A DNA stretch of 64,000 nt from an uncultured Methanosarcinaceae archaeon. Lineage in GTDB: Archaea; Halobacteriota; Methanosarcinia; Methanosarcinales; Methanosarcinaceae. Shown here piece by piece: positions 23,417 through 34,979 of the stretch; position 1 is the stretch's first letter, and every line of letters begins with the position of its first letter. The notes beneath the pieces are model-generated. The model saw nothing but the letters and a program-made list of their open reading frames with translations, was not told the origin of the DNA and did no database searches. Location of the stretch: assembly GCA_963727895.1 (NCBI GenBank), contig CAVSHT010000005.1:128001-192000 (forward strand), in the 5' to 3' direction. A program made the position numbers and the translations under genes.

Positions 23417-23804
23417 ATTTAAAAATCGCTGAAGACTATCATTCAGCTTGCCTGCAGATGCCGATCCTATGTACCGGGCAGCAGCTGGGAGGGGTCTGGA
23501 AAGCTAGAGGAGCTATATCCGGAGGATTCGCTCTGCTGCGGACGTAATGCTCTAAAAAGGACTCAAGCCGACAAGCCATTTTTTGCATGTCGGTTTCACT
23601 TCATTTTGCGGGCAAGTTCAATGATTGATCTTTTTTCTCGGAGTTCATAAAAAGTATTATTAAAAAGTGTATTTCCTGCATCGTAATATCTGTTACATTT
23701 AAGAATAGTAACTTTCCAAGTGAATAGATTGATTAACTTTTCTTAATTGAAAATTTGCACTTATTTTGCAGCAGAGTCAAATTTTTTCATAATATCTTCA
23801 AGTC

Positions 23805-24506
23805 TTAAAATACCATAATTGCTCTTACAAAAAGTAGTCCAAATGTCAGAAAACCAGTGATGTATAATAAAATTATTGTTATAGCTGGCTTTTCAGTAGT
23901 TTCTTTTTGTATTTCTTCATCTTTAGAGCTCGTTTTATTCAATATGTTTTTGAACCAATTTAAAGCCAAAATAACTATTACTATCAGTCCTATTTTTTCG
24001 GGAACAATTCCCATTTTTACAGGAATAAAAGTATTTTCATGAATCGAGATTCTACTTGGTCCTATAACTACTTGCGGGAACTTAGTTATAAAAGATTCTT
24101 TTAGCAACTCCAATAAATATGTGATATTATCACGTTGATCTTTTGGAAAACCCCATCCAAGAAAAGGCCAAAATAAAGTTTGAGGAGTCTTCCACATATG
24201 GTCTTCCATTAAATGGAAAAAAGAACCTGAAGCGAGGGTAATGATTCTAATGTCAAATCTTTTGTTGTATAAGTATAAGCCTATCAAGAAGAGGGTAATA
24301 GAAAATACTAATGTATGAGCTATAATGCGTCCATTTGAAATGGTAGAAGCAAAGACAATCATTCCAAGTGGTTTATCTATCAAATCAGGCAAAAGGGCTC
24401 CAATAGCAAGATATTTTGGATCTATGATAGTCTTTAATCTTAGTGCAAAATAGGAAAATACAAAAAATACCCCCAGTGTAATCCCAATATGTCCAAAAAG
24501 TAGCAT
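23805..24506 (-). CDS. Membrane metal-dependent hydrolase (YdjM-like)
   Basis: GH, LPDLIDK, AHTL and HL..D motifs. Confidence 0.8.
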   Translation of the reverse strand: MLLFGHIGITLGVFFVFSYFALRLKTIIDPKYLAIGALLPDLIDKPLGMIVFASTISNGRIIAHTLVFSITLFLIGLYLYNKRFDIRIITLASGSFFHLMEDHMWKTPQTLFWPFLGWGFPKDQRDNITYLLELLKESFITKFPQVVIGPSRISIHENTFIPVKMGIVPEKIGLIVIVILALNWFKNILNKTSSKDEEIQKETTEKPAITIILLYITGFLTFGLLFVRAIMVF

Positions 24507-24609
24507 AATAACACAAAATACCTCTTTTTTAATCTTTGAAATTTTCTAAGTTGTAGCTTGTTGCCTTCATTCCCTATTAAATTTTATGTGTTTGGCATAG
24601 ACTATCTCT

Positions 24610-25446
24610 TCACTCTTTCTCAATTTTGACGAATTTAAATTTTTCTTTGAATATGGAATATAGATAGACAAATAAAGGTAGGATAATAATTTCTAAGAAC
24701 CATTGCCAATTAGTTTCAATAAAATATCTTGTATTAAAATCTACTTCAATGTCCTCTTTTTTATTTCCGAGTGTTTTGTAAGAAAGAACGTTAGAATTTT
24801 CTGAAAATGGGATTACATTGTCAACACTTAACAACAGTGTATGTTTTCCAGATTTTAGTGGTGTCACTTGCCAACTCCATGTTGTAGGTATTCCATCTAG
24901 TATAGGTTGAGCTTCTGTAGTGGAAACTGAGTCCACCTCAAAAGCACCTGGTTCTCCTCCCACTAGTGTAAGTTTTACAAGTGGGTTTGTAGTAATGTTT
25001 GTAGATTTTAATGCTTCACTTATCCCATCTTCTTCAATAATATTTTTGTAAGTATCTTTACTTAAAGATGCATAAACTGTTTGAGTTTGTCCCACTTCCA
25101 TTTTTTGAGTAACAGTCAATGGAATTTCTGTTAATGTAGATGTTTCTGTTGGTGCAGGTGTTTCTGTTATTGGTATTAGAGTAGGTGATATTGAAACCAT
25201 TTTTCCAGGACTAACACTTATAGCCTGAGACCAATCTTCATATATATCACTGTGTAAAGTAATTTTATGAGAACCTGTGATGTTGTTTAAAACCATTGGC
25301 GTCTCCCCAAGATCCTCACAATCAAGACGAATATAGGCACCAGAGGGAGAAGAAGTAATTGAAATGGAGTTTATACTTTCTGTATGATTAACATAATAAT
25401 GGTCGTAAATAAAAAAGGAAGTAGATAAAAGAACAGTTATTAACAA
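24610..25446 (-). CDS. PEGA-domain membrane-anchored protein (start uncertain)
   Basis: SITSSPSGAYIRLD...G.TP; C-terminal TM helix. Confidence 0.7.
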   Translation of the reverse strand: MLITVLLSTSFFIYDHYYVNHTESINSISITSSPSGAYIRLDCEDLGETPMVLNNITGSHKITLHSDIYEDWSQAISVSPGKMVSISPTLIPITETPAPTETSTLTEIPLTVTQKMEVGQTQTVYASLSKDTYKNIIEEDGISEALKSTNITTNPLVKLTLVGGEPGAFEVDSVSTTEAQPILDGIPTTWSWQVTPLKSGKHTLLLSVDNVIPFSENSNVLSYKTLGNKKEDIEVDFNTRYFIETNWQWFLEIIILPLFVYLYSIFKEKFKFVKIEKE

Positions 25447-25849
25447 AACAAATTTCGTGATAAAAATAACCTTCGTATTATAAAAACCATACCATTTTTT
25501 ACTTTTCTTATAATGTCTATTATCATATTCTACTAAAATTAAGACACTAACTATTATAATAAATATTAATATATTATATGGAAAATGTTAATTAGGTTAT
25601 AAAGACTACCCCATAGCATCTAAACCACAACTATACACTTTTTTCAAAGATATTGATTTCATTTTATATTAAATAGTTAGGTTTGTTTACATCTGTGAAA
25701 AATTATAGATTTAACTAATCCCAAAAATGAAAAACTTCTCTCACAAAAATTCCTAAAATCATTAACTCTCATGTTCACCATCCAATTGGATTAATGAAAT
25801 GAGCCTCGACAAGTAAACAAACTTTTTCATATAGATTTATGTGCCCTAA

Positions 25850-26297
25850 ATCTTACAGTATAATTCCAGAGATTTCCTTCAACTTTATCCAGGATAAAAC
25901 CAGCTTTTTCTCCTAACTTAATAGTAGTAGATTTTAAAGGGTAATCTGGATCAGGTAAAAAGATCGAAGAAATTGTCATCAAAGGGTAGTTTATGCACAT
26001 CTCCTTCTACAAGACTGATATTTTTGATATCCCTATATTCTGGTCTGGATAATTTCTTTTTTAGCTGGATTAACATTTTTGGTTGGATGTCAAGAGCGTA
26101 TACTTCTCCTTTAATTCCATTAGCCCTTGCAGCAAAAGTTGTAAACGCTCCACTTCCGCACCCAACCTCGAGAATACGCATTCCTTCTTTTATACCGCTT
26201 CGCTTTATCACTTTATCAGGAGGCTGCAATTTTCTTTTAAAATCGCTATCTAAAAAAGGTCCCATAAATGCTGGTGGTGAAAGTACATAAAATCTTT
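25850..26297 (-). pseudogene. SAM-dependent methyltransferase, 5' end cut by IS1 and internally deleted
   Basis: LEVGCGSG motif I; jumps to PDYPL...GNLWNYTVRF in another frame. Confidence 0.75.
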
Positions 26298-26869
26298 GGC
26301 ATTGTTACTTAAATATATCTAGTTCTTTATTTCATCAATATAATAACCGAGTACTTTAGCATTTCAAGACTCTTCGTATAACACTTTGTCTTTCTTCTCA
26401 ACCTTGCCAAAAAGTGCCTCAATATGCTGTTATATCCTTCAACAGTATACGTCTCTGCTTTTGATTGAGTATGGATCTTTTCTGGACGAAACTCTGCATA
26501 TGCTCTCCAGTGATCTGTCATCACTTCTCCAATCTCTTTTTTCTTCACTTTTTCCCAGAGCAGTTTTCCAGTTTCCGTTCCTCTGCTGCCAAAAGAGCAG
26601 TTGATGAACTTTTTCCCAACTCTATCAACAGCAATCTAGATCCAGCAATATTTTTTTTGTTACCGATGTAAGTGTGCATTTCATCCATTTCAACAATAGA
26701 TATCTCACTTTCACTTTTTAGGTTCTCTAACTCCTGACCAAATTTCTTTATCCATTTTTGGACAGAAACATGACTTACCCCTAAAACGCACATGCTTTTC
26801 TTCGAATAACAAGCACAACTAATGAAAGTACTCTCCGTTCTTTTTTTTGACTATTAAGCCCTCATTACC

Positions 26870-27003
26870 TTGGGCAGTAAGGTTGTCTTGATTTTGGTTA
26901 TTCAAAACCGTTCTAAAACTAATCAGTGAATTGCCATCGAAGGCTCAAGTGTGACTTTGATCACGGATGCTAAATTGGCCTTTTAGGCAATTCCACTGCC
27001 CAA
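26870..27003 (+). ncRNA. Candidate IS110 bridge/seek RNA
   Basis: Closing stem TTGGGCAGT/ACTGCCCAA around two stem-loops that carry target-like and donor-like segments. Confidence 0.7.
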
Positions 27004-27022
27004 ATAAATTTGGCGATCTAAT

Positions 27023-28287
27023 TTGATTTAAGTCATAAACAAAGCTTGTGGTTTAGACATTCACAAACTCTTTTTCATTGCTACAATTTTCAGCAGATCT
27101 GGTGAAAAACAACAGCAACGTTTCAACAGAGATGATGAAGGAATTTTAGCCCTTAAAAATTGGGTAATATCAGAAAAATGTGATGTTGTTGCATGTGAAT
27201 CAACCAGCGACTTTTGGGTTCCGATTCATGATTCATTGATAAAGCATCTAACTGTGATAGTTGGAAATGCGCGAGATATGAAGGTATTTACCCATACAAA
27301 AACAGATAAGATTGACTCAGAAGTCATTGCACAACTTGCACTTAATAATATGATTCAGCCATCAAGAGTTTTTCCAAAGGATCATATAGATTTTAGATCA
27401 TATGTTCGACTTCGGTTAACACTTGTACAAAAAAGAACAGATTTAAAAAATAAAGCTCACTCAATTCTTGCATCTGAAATTCAATTCTTGCATCTGAAAT
27501 GCTACACCTGAATAATGTGCTGACAGACGTTTTTGGCAAGAATGGCAGAATGATCTTATTAGGAATCTCTTCAGGTAAGAGTGTTGATCAGATTATTGCA
27601 AGCCTCTCTCCAAATGTTCGGAAAAAAGCTGCTCAGATAAGAGAAATTCTTGATCGAGAAATTTCTCAAAGTGCTGCATTCAGACTTCAGATCTGTCTGA
27701 AACTCATAAAAAGTCTTGATGATGAACTCGAAGCTTTAGAAACAGAAATTTTCAATTATGCTTCTCGAAATCATAAGCGAGAAATGGAGATTTTAATGTC
27801 AGTTCCAGGTATAGGGGAACTTGGTGCGGCAATTTTACTTGCTGAAATAGGCAACTTTAAGGATTTTTCTTCTGGAAATAAGCTTGCTTCTTGGCTTGGT
27901 CTAGTTCCTAATGTGTATCAATCTGCAGATAAATACTATAACGGCAGAATCACAAAGAGGGGATCAAAAGTAGCAAAGTGGATTCTGACACAGATTGCTC
28001 AAGCAGCAGCAAGAAAGAAGAATAGCAGGTTAAAAGAGTTTTTTAACAGAAAAAAGAAGTCGATTGGACATGCAAAAGCAATTATTGCCTTAGCAAGGAA
28101 AATTGCAACGATACTATGGCATCTTATTACAAACGATGAGATGGACGAAGATGAAACCGGATATCAAAAGGGAGAAATCCAAAAGAGAAAGATTATTGAA
28201 ACTGAGATTTTTTCGGTTGATGAACGGATTAAAATAATTAGTGAAATATTTGCGATTATGGGGAAAAAGGATCAGGAGAGCACGTGA
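27023..28287 (+). pseudogene. IS110 DEDD recombinase, inactivated
   Basis: GLDIHK, ACEST, KTDKID, PGIG and YQSAD; TAA at codon 3 (27029-27031); 20-bp tandem duplication at 27461-27500 shifts the frame. Confidence 0.9.
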
Positions 28288-28910
28288 GGATAATCTCCTC
28301 ATGTACTTTCATGCTAAAATCGTCCTATTGAGCGAAAGCCCAATCCTTCAAGATAGTTGTAAAGCCTGTTTTTTGACAGAGGCGGAAAAAGCAGTTGATT
28401 TTAGCTCTACTGTATAGTTATATCCACAATCAGAGCATTTGTACCGTTGACGCCAGCCAACTATACCATTCTTTTTGTGACTGGAACTATTACATTTTGG
28501 GCAGTTCATGAAGAAATATAGGTTCTCATAATAACTAACTATAGTTAATTATCAAAGCCAAATATAATTTACACATCCAAGGATATTAGTTGCCTAGTCT
28601 AAGTCTTATTGCAAAAGTGATCCCAAAAGATTAACGAAGGTATATTAAAATATCCATGTTAAGATGTGAAATATAGAGACTATCCAAAAGTGGACCCCTT
28701 AAGATTTATGAAATATATTATGGCAAAAAAGAAATTGTACATGGATAAGTGCTCTTTGACAACCTTTAGATGAAAATAGAACCAATTAAATCACTACAAA
28801 AAAACCAAAAAGAAGCCCTTAATACCTTAGAAAGATAATTAAAAAATACTTAATTCTGTATGAAGTAGCAAATAGCAATATAGGCACAAATATTTGATGT
28901 TTTAGATCTA

Positions 28911-28951
28911 TTATTTTACAACTTACAGTTATTTTACAACTTACAGTTATT
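28911..28951. repeat. 18-bp tandem repeat, ~2.3 copies
   Basis: TTATTTTACAACTTACAG twice, then TTATT. Confidence 0.8.
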
Positions 28952-29003
28952 GATTTTTGTTAATTTAAGTCCTACAATAATACAATAATCTGGAAGATAA
29001 AAT

Positions 29004-29414
29004 ATGGATAAATTTAGCAAAAATGCTATAGCTACGAAAAAACAATTATATATTGACGCATACATCGACGCATTTGGCTGGGGATTTGTACTATGGCTTA
29101 TTGGTTATCTTCTTGGTGTTGGTCTTTTCTTTGTAGTTCCCAATGATATGATAGGCTGGGTCATCTTACCTATTGGAACCATAATAACGATCTGGATACT
29201 TTTTAACAAGATAAAAGGCGACTCAATCAGTTACTATCTTTACCTGGCAGTTAACTGGACATTGGTTGCTATTGTTTTTGATTATATATTCGTCATCAAA
29301 GCGTTAAGTGTGAAAGAATATTACAAACCAGACGTCTATATATATTACTTCTTTACTTTCAGCCTTCCTCTTGTTGTCTATTATTTATATAAAAAATATA
29401 TATATATAAATTAG
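29004..29414 (+). CDS. Hypothetical 4-TM membrane protein
   Basis: Hydrophobic 136-aa ORF with ATG start. Confidence 0.7.
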   Translation: MDKFSKNAIATKKQLYIDAYIDAFGWGFVLWLIGYLLGVGLFFVVPNDMIGWVILPIGTIITIWILFNKIKGDSISYYLYLAVNWTLVAIVFDYIFVIKALSVKEYYKPDVYIYYFFTFSLPLVVYYLYKKYIYIN

Positions 29415-29482
29415 AGAAAGCCTTTGTGATATAAAATACTCTAGCAACTCCTTTGAGTATCTACTGGTTCCTGAATAAAATA

Positions 29483-30202
29483 TTATACAGAGCTACCTAA
29501 ATCTGAGTAAAATCGATCCTCATTAGATGCACTACCATAAATGTAAAATGCAATTAAGAGAAGCCAGAAATCACCTATATAGATTCCATAAATTGCCATA
29601 AGAATAGCAATAAACTTTCCGATTGAGGCTGCAATATGGGTAGCTTTTACATAAGACATTTTTCTGGCAAAAAAGGAACGGAGTATCCTGCCCCCATCCA
29701 TAGGAAAAGCAGGCAGTAAATTAAAGATTCCAAGTGTCAGGTTCATCGATCCAATAATCCAGATAATAAGATATATAGGATTTTGAAAAAGTGCAGAGTT
29801 AGGGGAGATCATGTAACTGTATGTGAACAGGCAGATAAAACCTATAATGATGCTTGTCAAAGGCCCTGCAAAAGCTATCTTTGCTTCTTGTCCAGGTTTC
29901 TTTGGGATTTCCATAGAGGCTACACCTCCAAAGAGAAGGAGCGTGATGCTGGCAATATGGGCTCCATAACGCTTTGCAATATAAGAGTGTGCAAGTTCAT
30001 GTAAAAGTACTGAGGAAAAAAGGAAGATGGCAGAAAGAACAGAAAAAGCATATCTAACTATAGATGGATCAACTTCCGCAAAACCATATGGCTGTGAATT
30101 TATCGCAAAAAAATATGCAGATATTGGAAGTGCCAGAAGGAAAGATGTGTCTAGTTTGATAGGTATGTTCATTATACTTCCGATTTTTAAAGATGATTGC
30201 AT
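29483..30202 (-). CDS. Site-2 protease (M50), probably lacking its C-terminal CBS pair
   Basis: HELAH, AGP and NLLPAFPMDGG; ATG 30202. Confidence 0.85.
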   Translation of the reverse strand: MQSSLKIGSIMNIPIKLDTSFLLALPISAYFFAINSQPYGFAEVDPSIVRYAFSVLSAIFLFSSVLLHELAHSYIAKRYGAHIASITLLLFGGVASMEIPKKPGQEAKIAFAGPLTSIIIGFICLFTYSYMISPNSALFQNPIYLIIWIIGSMNLTLGIFNLLPAFPMDGGRILRSFFARKMSYVKATHIAASIGKFIAILMAIYGIYIGDFWLLLIAFYIYGSASNEDRFYSDLGSSV

Positions 30203-30775
30203 AATGAAAAAACTCCGTTTTATTTCTATAAAATTAAACAATTAATATTTTAAACTTGAGTTTGAAGTGTATTTTTAAAACTTGAAAATATTTATGAAAT
30301 TTATATCTTTATTTGATATGTATAAATGTAGAATTTGTTTCCTATTTTACCTTAGATTAGTCAAGAAATATATAATTCAAAATAACTGTATATAAACTGT
30401 ATATAATAAGTGCTAAATTAGATTAGAAAGTCATAACTGATTTAAATATTGCAAAATGATATTAAATTACCAATAAATTTATATTTCTATATCCAGTATA
30501 TAATATATGCGAATAAGGTCCAAAAAAACTAGTGTTAAAACATTAGAAGGATCAGATACACTACTTTTGATTATGAAATTCGCGAACAAGAGTCTTAAAA
30601 TAAGAACTAGGAACCTTGATGCAAGCATTGCAGCCGTATTAATTTGATGATATGTATGCTTTAAGGGCATTTGGCATTTGAATCATAAAAATTGAACCAC
30701 CTTTATTTGCTTCTTGTTTTTGGGTGGTCATATAGAATCGGCATATTGCATCATGAAATTATAGAGTTGATAAAC

Positions 30776-30973
30776 ATGGAAAAAAAGAACTTTCTAAAAT
30801 CACGAGGATTTCGACGAGATGTTGCGATGGTTAAAGACTGTATATGTCCGTTGTGCACGGAAAAAGTAGACGAACACGAATTCCGAAACGAAGTATTTAT
30901 CAAGGAATTTAAGAGTTCTGGGCTGTGTCAAGAATGTCAGGACACGGTTTTTGGATATAAGGTAGCGTGGTAA
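30776..30973 (+). CDS. Small Zn-finger-like protein, 65 aa
   Basis: CPLC...CQEC; ATG 30776. Confidence 0.75.
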   Translation: MEKKNFLKSRGFRRDVAMVKDCICPLCTEKVDEHEFRNEVFIKEFKSSGLCQECQDTVFGYKVAW

Positions 30974-31177
30974 CAGATCAATTACTATTAATTAAGTATT
31001 GGAAATCTCTGTTTTTAGAGGTGACAAATATGGACTTTGGTTTACCTCTAACTCTGCCTTTTATTCTTTTCAGGATTTTCAAATCATTTCATTAATTTCT
31101 CTGGTTAATTTTTTTGGTTTTTCTTATTCATTTTCTGTATTGATACTGATTTATATAGGTTTTCTTAAAGCCATTTT

Positions 31178-31916
31178 GGCATTGTTAATTAAACATAGTT
31201 AACTCTTTATTTCTGTATTTCATCAATAGAATAACCGAGTACTTTAGCATTTCAAGACTTTTTGTATAACACTTTGTCTTTCTTCTCAATCTTGCTAGAA
31301 AATGCCTCAATATGCTGTTATATCCCTCAACTGTAAATGTTTCTGCTTTTGATTGAGTATGACTCTTTTCTGGAAGAAACTCTGCATATGCTCTCCAGTG
31401 ATCTGTCATTACTTCTCCAATCTCTTTTTTCTTCACTTTTTCCCAGAGTAGTTTTCCAGTTTCTGTTTCTCTGCTACCAAAAGAGCAGTTGATGAACTTT
31501 TTCCCAACTCTATCAACAGCAATCCAGATCCAGCAATATTTTTTTTGTTACCGATGTAAGTGTGCATTTCATCCATTTCAACAATAGATATCTCATTTTC
31601 ACTTTTTAGGTCCTCTAACTCCTGACCAAATTTCTTTATCCATCTTTGGACAGAAACATGACTCACCCCTAAAAATCGTCCTATTGAACGAAAGCCCAAT
31701 CCTTCAAGATAGAGTTGTAAAGCCTGTCTTTTTACAAAAGCGGAAAAAGCAGTTGATTTTAGCTCTACTGTATAGTTATAGCCACAATCAGAGCATTTGT
31801 ACCGTTGACGCCCGCCAACTATACCGTTTTTTTGTGACTGGAACTATTGCATCTGGGGCAGTTCATGAAGAAATATACTTTCTAATAGTATATAACTATG
31901 TTTAAGTATCAAAGCC
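31178..31916 (-). mobile_element. IS1-family element, copy 3
   Basis: Perfect 8-bp TSD GCCATTTT; both ends present; 1-nt shorter A run early in insA. Confidence 0.92.
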
Positions 31917-31945
31917 GCCATTTTTTCTTAAAGCCATTTATTCTC

Positions 31946-32947
31946 TTAAGTTTCTTCAGCATCATCACTAGGACCCATAACTCTGGCCAACAATTTTGTT
32001 TCCTCAAAACTTTCAAGTACAATTTTTAAAACTATTGTAAGCGGTATTGAAAGCAACACACCTCCAAGTCCAAATATAAAATTCCAGTAAATAAGAGCAA
32101 GAAACAAAAAAGCAGGAGATAATTGAAGGCCTTTTCCCATAAGTGATGGAAAAAGAACATTTTCTGTAAGTGCATCGACAGCGATAATAATTAAAATGAC
32201 TGCTAGAGCACCTAAAGGTCCATACTTGAAAAGAGCAAGCACTATTGGAGGGACAGAAGCAATAACTAAACCAATATAAGGAATATAACTTAACAGGAAT
32301 ATAAGGACTCCCCAGAGAATAGCATAGTCAATACCACCAATAAAGAGAAGGAGAGCTATTGAAATACCAGTTATAAGATTTATCTCCGCTCTTATGACAA
32401 TGAATTTTACCAGTTTCTTGCTAAACTCACTGAGCCTCAAACTAAATTCAGATTGATCTCCAATTTCCAAGTTTGCTTTATCAGGAGTATTGGCAGCATC
32501 AATTAACAGAAATGCAGTTGTGACTATAATAATTCCGGCTGTTGTCCCAGCATTTACAATTTCATTAACGATGTTTACCATAAGAGAAACTGTTATTGAC
32601 ACTATATTCTGGAGAATTGACTGTACGGAAAATCCTCCATAAGAAGGGATATATTTTGTATAGCTATTTACTAATTCGGTTAACTGAGCTTGATAAATAG
32701 GAATTTGACTCCCAAATTGTATTGCTGTTTTAACAATTAATACCCCGAGAACTAGGATAATTAGTGTAAATAGTAAAATTACCAGAATAACACTCAGTCC
32801 ACCTGGAATCCCTTTTTGTTTTAGCCAGCGGACAAGCGGAGTAAAAATAAGTGCCGTAAAAACAGAGAAAAAGAAAATGGTAAGTATTGATGCAATTTCC
32901 CTCATTCCTATTGTAAGAATAACGGCTGCAGTGCTGTAAAGTAACAT
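31946..32947 (-). CDS. AI-2E family transporter
   Basis: LSYIPYIG, EN.L.P.LMG and GVLLSIPL. Confidence 0.88.
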   Translation of the reverse strand: MLLYSTAAVILTIGMREIASILTIFFFSVFTALIFTPLVRWLKQKGIPGGLSVILVILLFTLIILVLGVLIVKTAIQFGSQIPIYQAQLTELVNSYTKYIPSYGGFSVQSILQNIVSITVSLMVNIVNEIVNAGTTAGIIIVTTAFLLIDAANTPDKANLEIGDQSEFSLRLSEFSKKLVKFIVIRAEINLITGISIALLLFIGGIDYAILWGVLIFLLSYIPYIGLVIASVPPIVLALFKYGPLGALAVILIIIAVDALTENVLFPSLMGKGLQLSPAFLFLALIYWNFIFGLGGVLLSIPLTIVLKIVLESFEETKLLARVMGPSDDAEET

Positions 32948-34349
32948 TTTTGCGGGTATAGAGTAATTATTTGAATTTATATTTTCATCTCCCCAATAAT
33001 TATTTTGGAGTAATTCATGGAATTTACACCTTGCTTTTTACTCTTCTAAAAATAACGTTTGTTAAAGACAAATTGTCTTATAACAGTGTTTATAACAGTC
33101 GTTTTTTCGCAACTTCTACAGTTTACTCCTCTTGACAGCAATGATATTCATGAACCCGAATATCGCCCCAAATTTTCATAATATCTTTTTTATAATATCT
33201 TAAGACCGCAAATAACTATCTACCTGGGATACAAACTTAGAAGGAGTGTTTTGAGTCAAATATCCGATAAACTACTATATCCTCTGAACTATTGACTGAA
33301 GCTGAACAGGAAGCAACAAGATTTATGAGATAAACATCTCAAAATAGATAATCGGTTTCAAAAAAACAGTTACAGACAAAGGACTCATTCCATACCACGA
33401 AAATATACAAATGTTGCCATCCTGTTATATAGTAGGAAACAAAAAAGAATGTGTTATCTCAATACATATGTCAATACCTATTATAAATGCACATATGAAA
33501 TGAAATATAATATATACTAAGGTGTATAAACTTACTAAAATTTTTTTACGTAAGTAATAAAATAGTTTTTTAAGCTTCTTTGCTTTATCACTGAGTAGAT
33601 TCAGGATTTCTGTCAATAAACCGATCTCCTATATGTGTGACCTACTTTTCAATTAAAATGTATTTGTTTAGGTTTGAGTTTTTAATATCATGTTAAGTTA
33701 ACCATCATTGGAATAAGATGGTAAAATCAATTATTGAAAATGCAACTTTTTTAAAATTAATTTAATTTTAAAAATAATTTATTAAGTTTTTGTATTTATT
33801 TTATATATTTTTTTGTAAACTTGTTGATTATAACTACAAGTTCATATTGAATATGTAGCAAACGCTTAATTTTTTATTTTGGTAAAACTTGTGAATTACA
33901 AGAACCTGTAATATATTACTTACAGTTCAAGATCTTCGGGGCATAACTTCACAAAATTATTTTTGATTAATAATTTGATTTAGGATTTTGAAAAATTAAT
34001 AATACACTTTATTTTTGCATATTGGACCGAATTAATTAAATATAAGAACCAGTATTGTTGAAATATCAATAGTTGAAGTTTCACATAATATTTTACTGGA
34101 AAATCGCTGTTGTTAGGTACTATTCCAGAATATAACATGCACACAAAATTGGCTTTGTATAAAAATATCCAAACCAGCTTCAAGAAACGAAAATTAAACA
34201 CGTAAAATGAGATTCTGTCATTCAGTTCAATAAATGGAGATTAATTACTTTGAGGGTTTCTACAAAGCCTTTATGCTATCTATGGAGGTTATTGCAGGAA
34301 ATAAGAACTATTCAACAAAATATGGTATAAAAAAGAAGGGAAAGCAGAA

Positions 34350-34829
34350 ATGAATGAAGAAATATTGAAAAAAATAATTCTTCTTAGTAGAGAAAAACAT
34401 GCTCTTGATAACTTAATTTTTGAACAGGTTATCCATAAAAAAGCAATCGGTAAGTTTAAAGAACTAAGTAAAAATCAGCCCGTGGTAATTGGGATCATAG
34501 GCACAAAAGGTGAAATTATTTCCTCAACAATCGGAGATTGCATAGGTATGGATAAAAGCAGTCTTTCTCGAATGGTTGACGATTTGGAGAAAAAAGGAAT
34601 GGTTCTTCGAAAAACTGATCCTGAAGATCGAAGAAAAGTGTTGATCTCACTGACAGATAAAGGGCTGAGATGTTATAATTATTTACACAAAGTCATAATT
34701 GAACAACTGGAACTTGCAGATAAAAAGGATCTCGAAGAGTATATGTATATCCTCGAAGAAATGGCAAAAATTCAGAGAAAGATGGCAAAAAGACAGGGCT
34801 TGATTCCACAAGATATTTTGGAAATCTAA
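34350..34829 (+). CDS. MarR family regulator
   Basis: DKSSLSRMVDDLEKKG...DPEDRR..LISLT. Confidence 0.9.
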   Translation: MNEEILKKIILLSREKHALDNLIFEQVIHKKAIGKFKELSKNQPVVIGIIGTKGEIISSTIGDCIGMDKSSLSRMVDDLEKKGMVLRKTDPEDRRKVLISLTDKGLRCYNYLHKVIIEQLELADKKDLEEYMYILEEMAKIQRKMAKRQGLIPQDILEI

Positions 34830-34979
34830 AATTAAATGTGACCAGTTCAAAATAGAGTACTTTTCAATATTCTGCATCGATCACTAAATTGGAGTGAACT
34901 ACTTTTGAAAAACAAAAAACACACATGTAACACTTTCAAAAAAACAATTATAACTCAAATATAATGAGAGGGATCTGTC

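Larger units (their letters stand above)
26787..28318 (+). mobile_element. IS110-family element, 1532 bp
   Basis: Boundaries set by the uninterrupted IS1 sequence CCCCTAAAA|ATCGTCC; subterminal IR ATGAAAGTAC/GTACTTTCAT; DEDD recombinase inside. Confidence 0.9.
26298..28559 (-). mobile_element. IS1-family element, copy 2, interrupted by IS110
   Basis: Collinear with the other copies on both sides of 26787-28318; no TSD. Confidence 0.9.
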
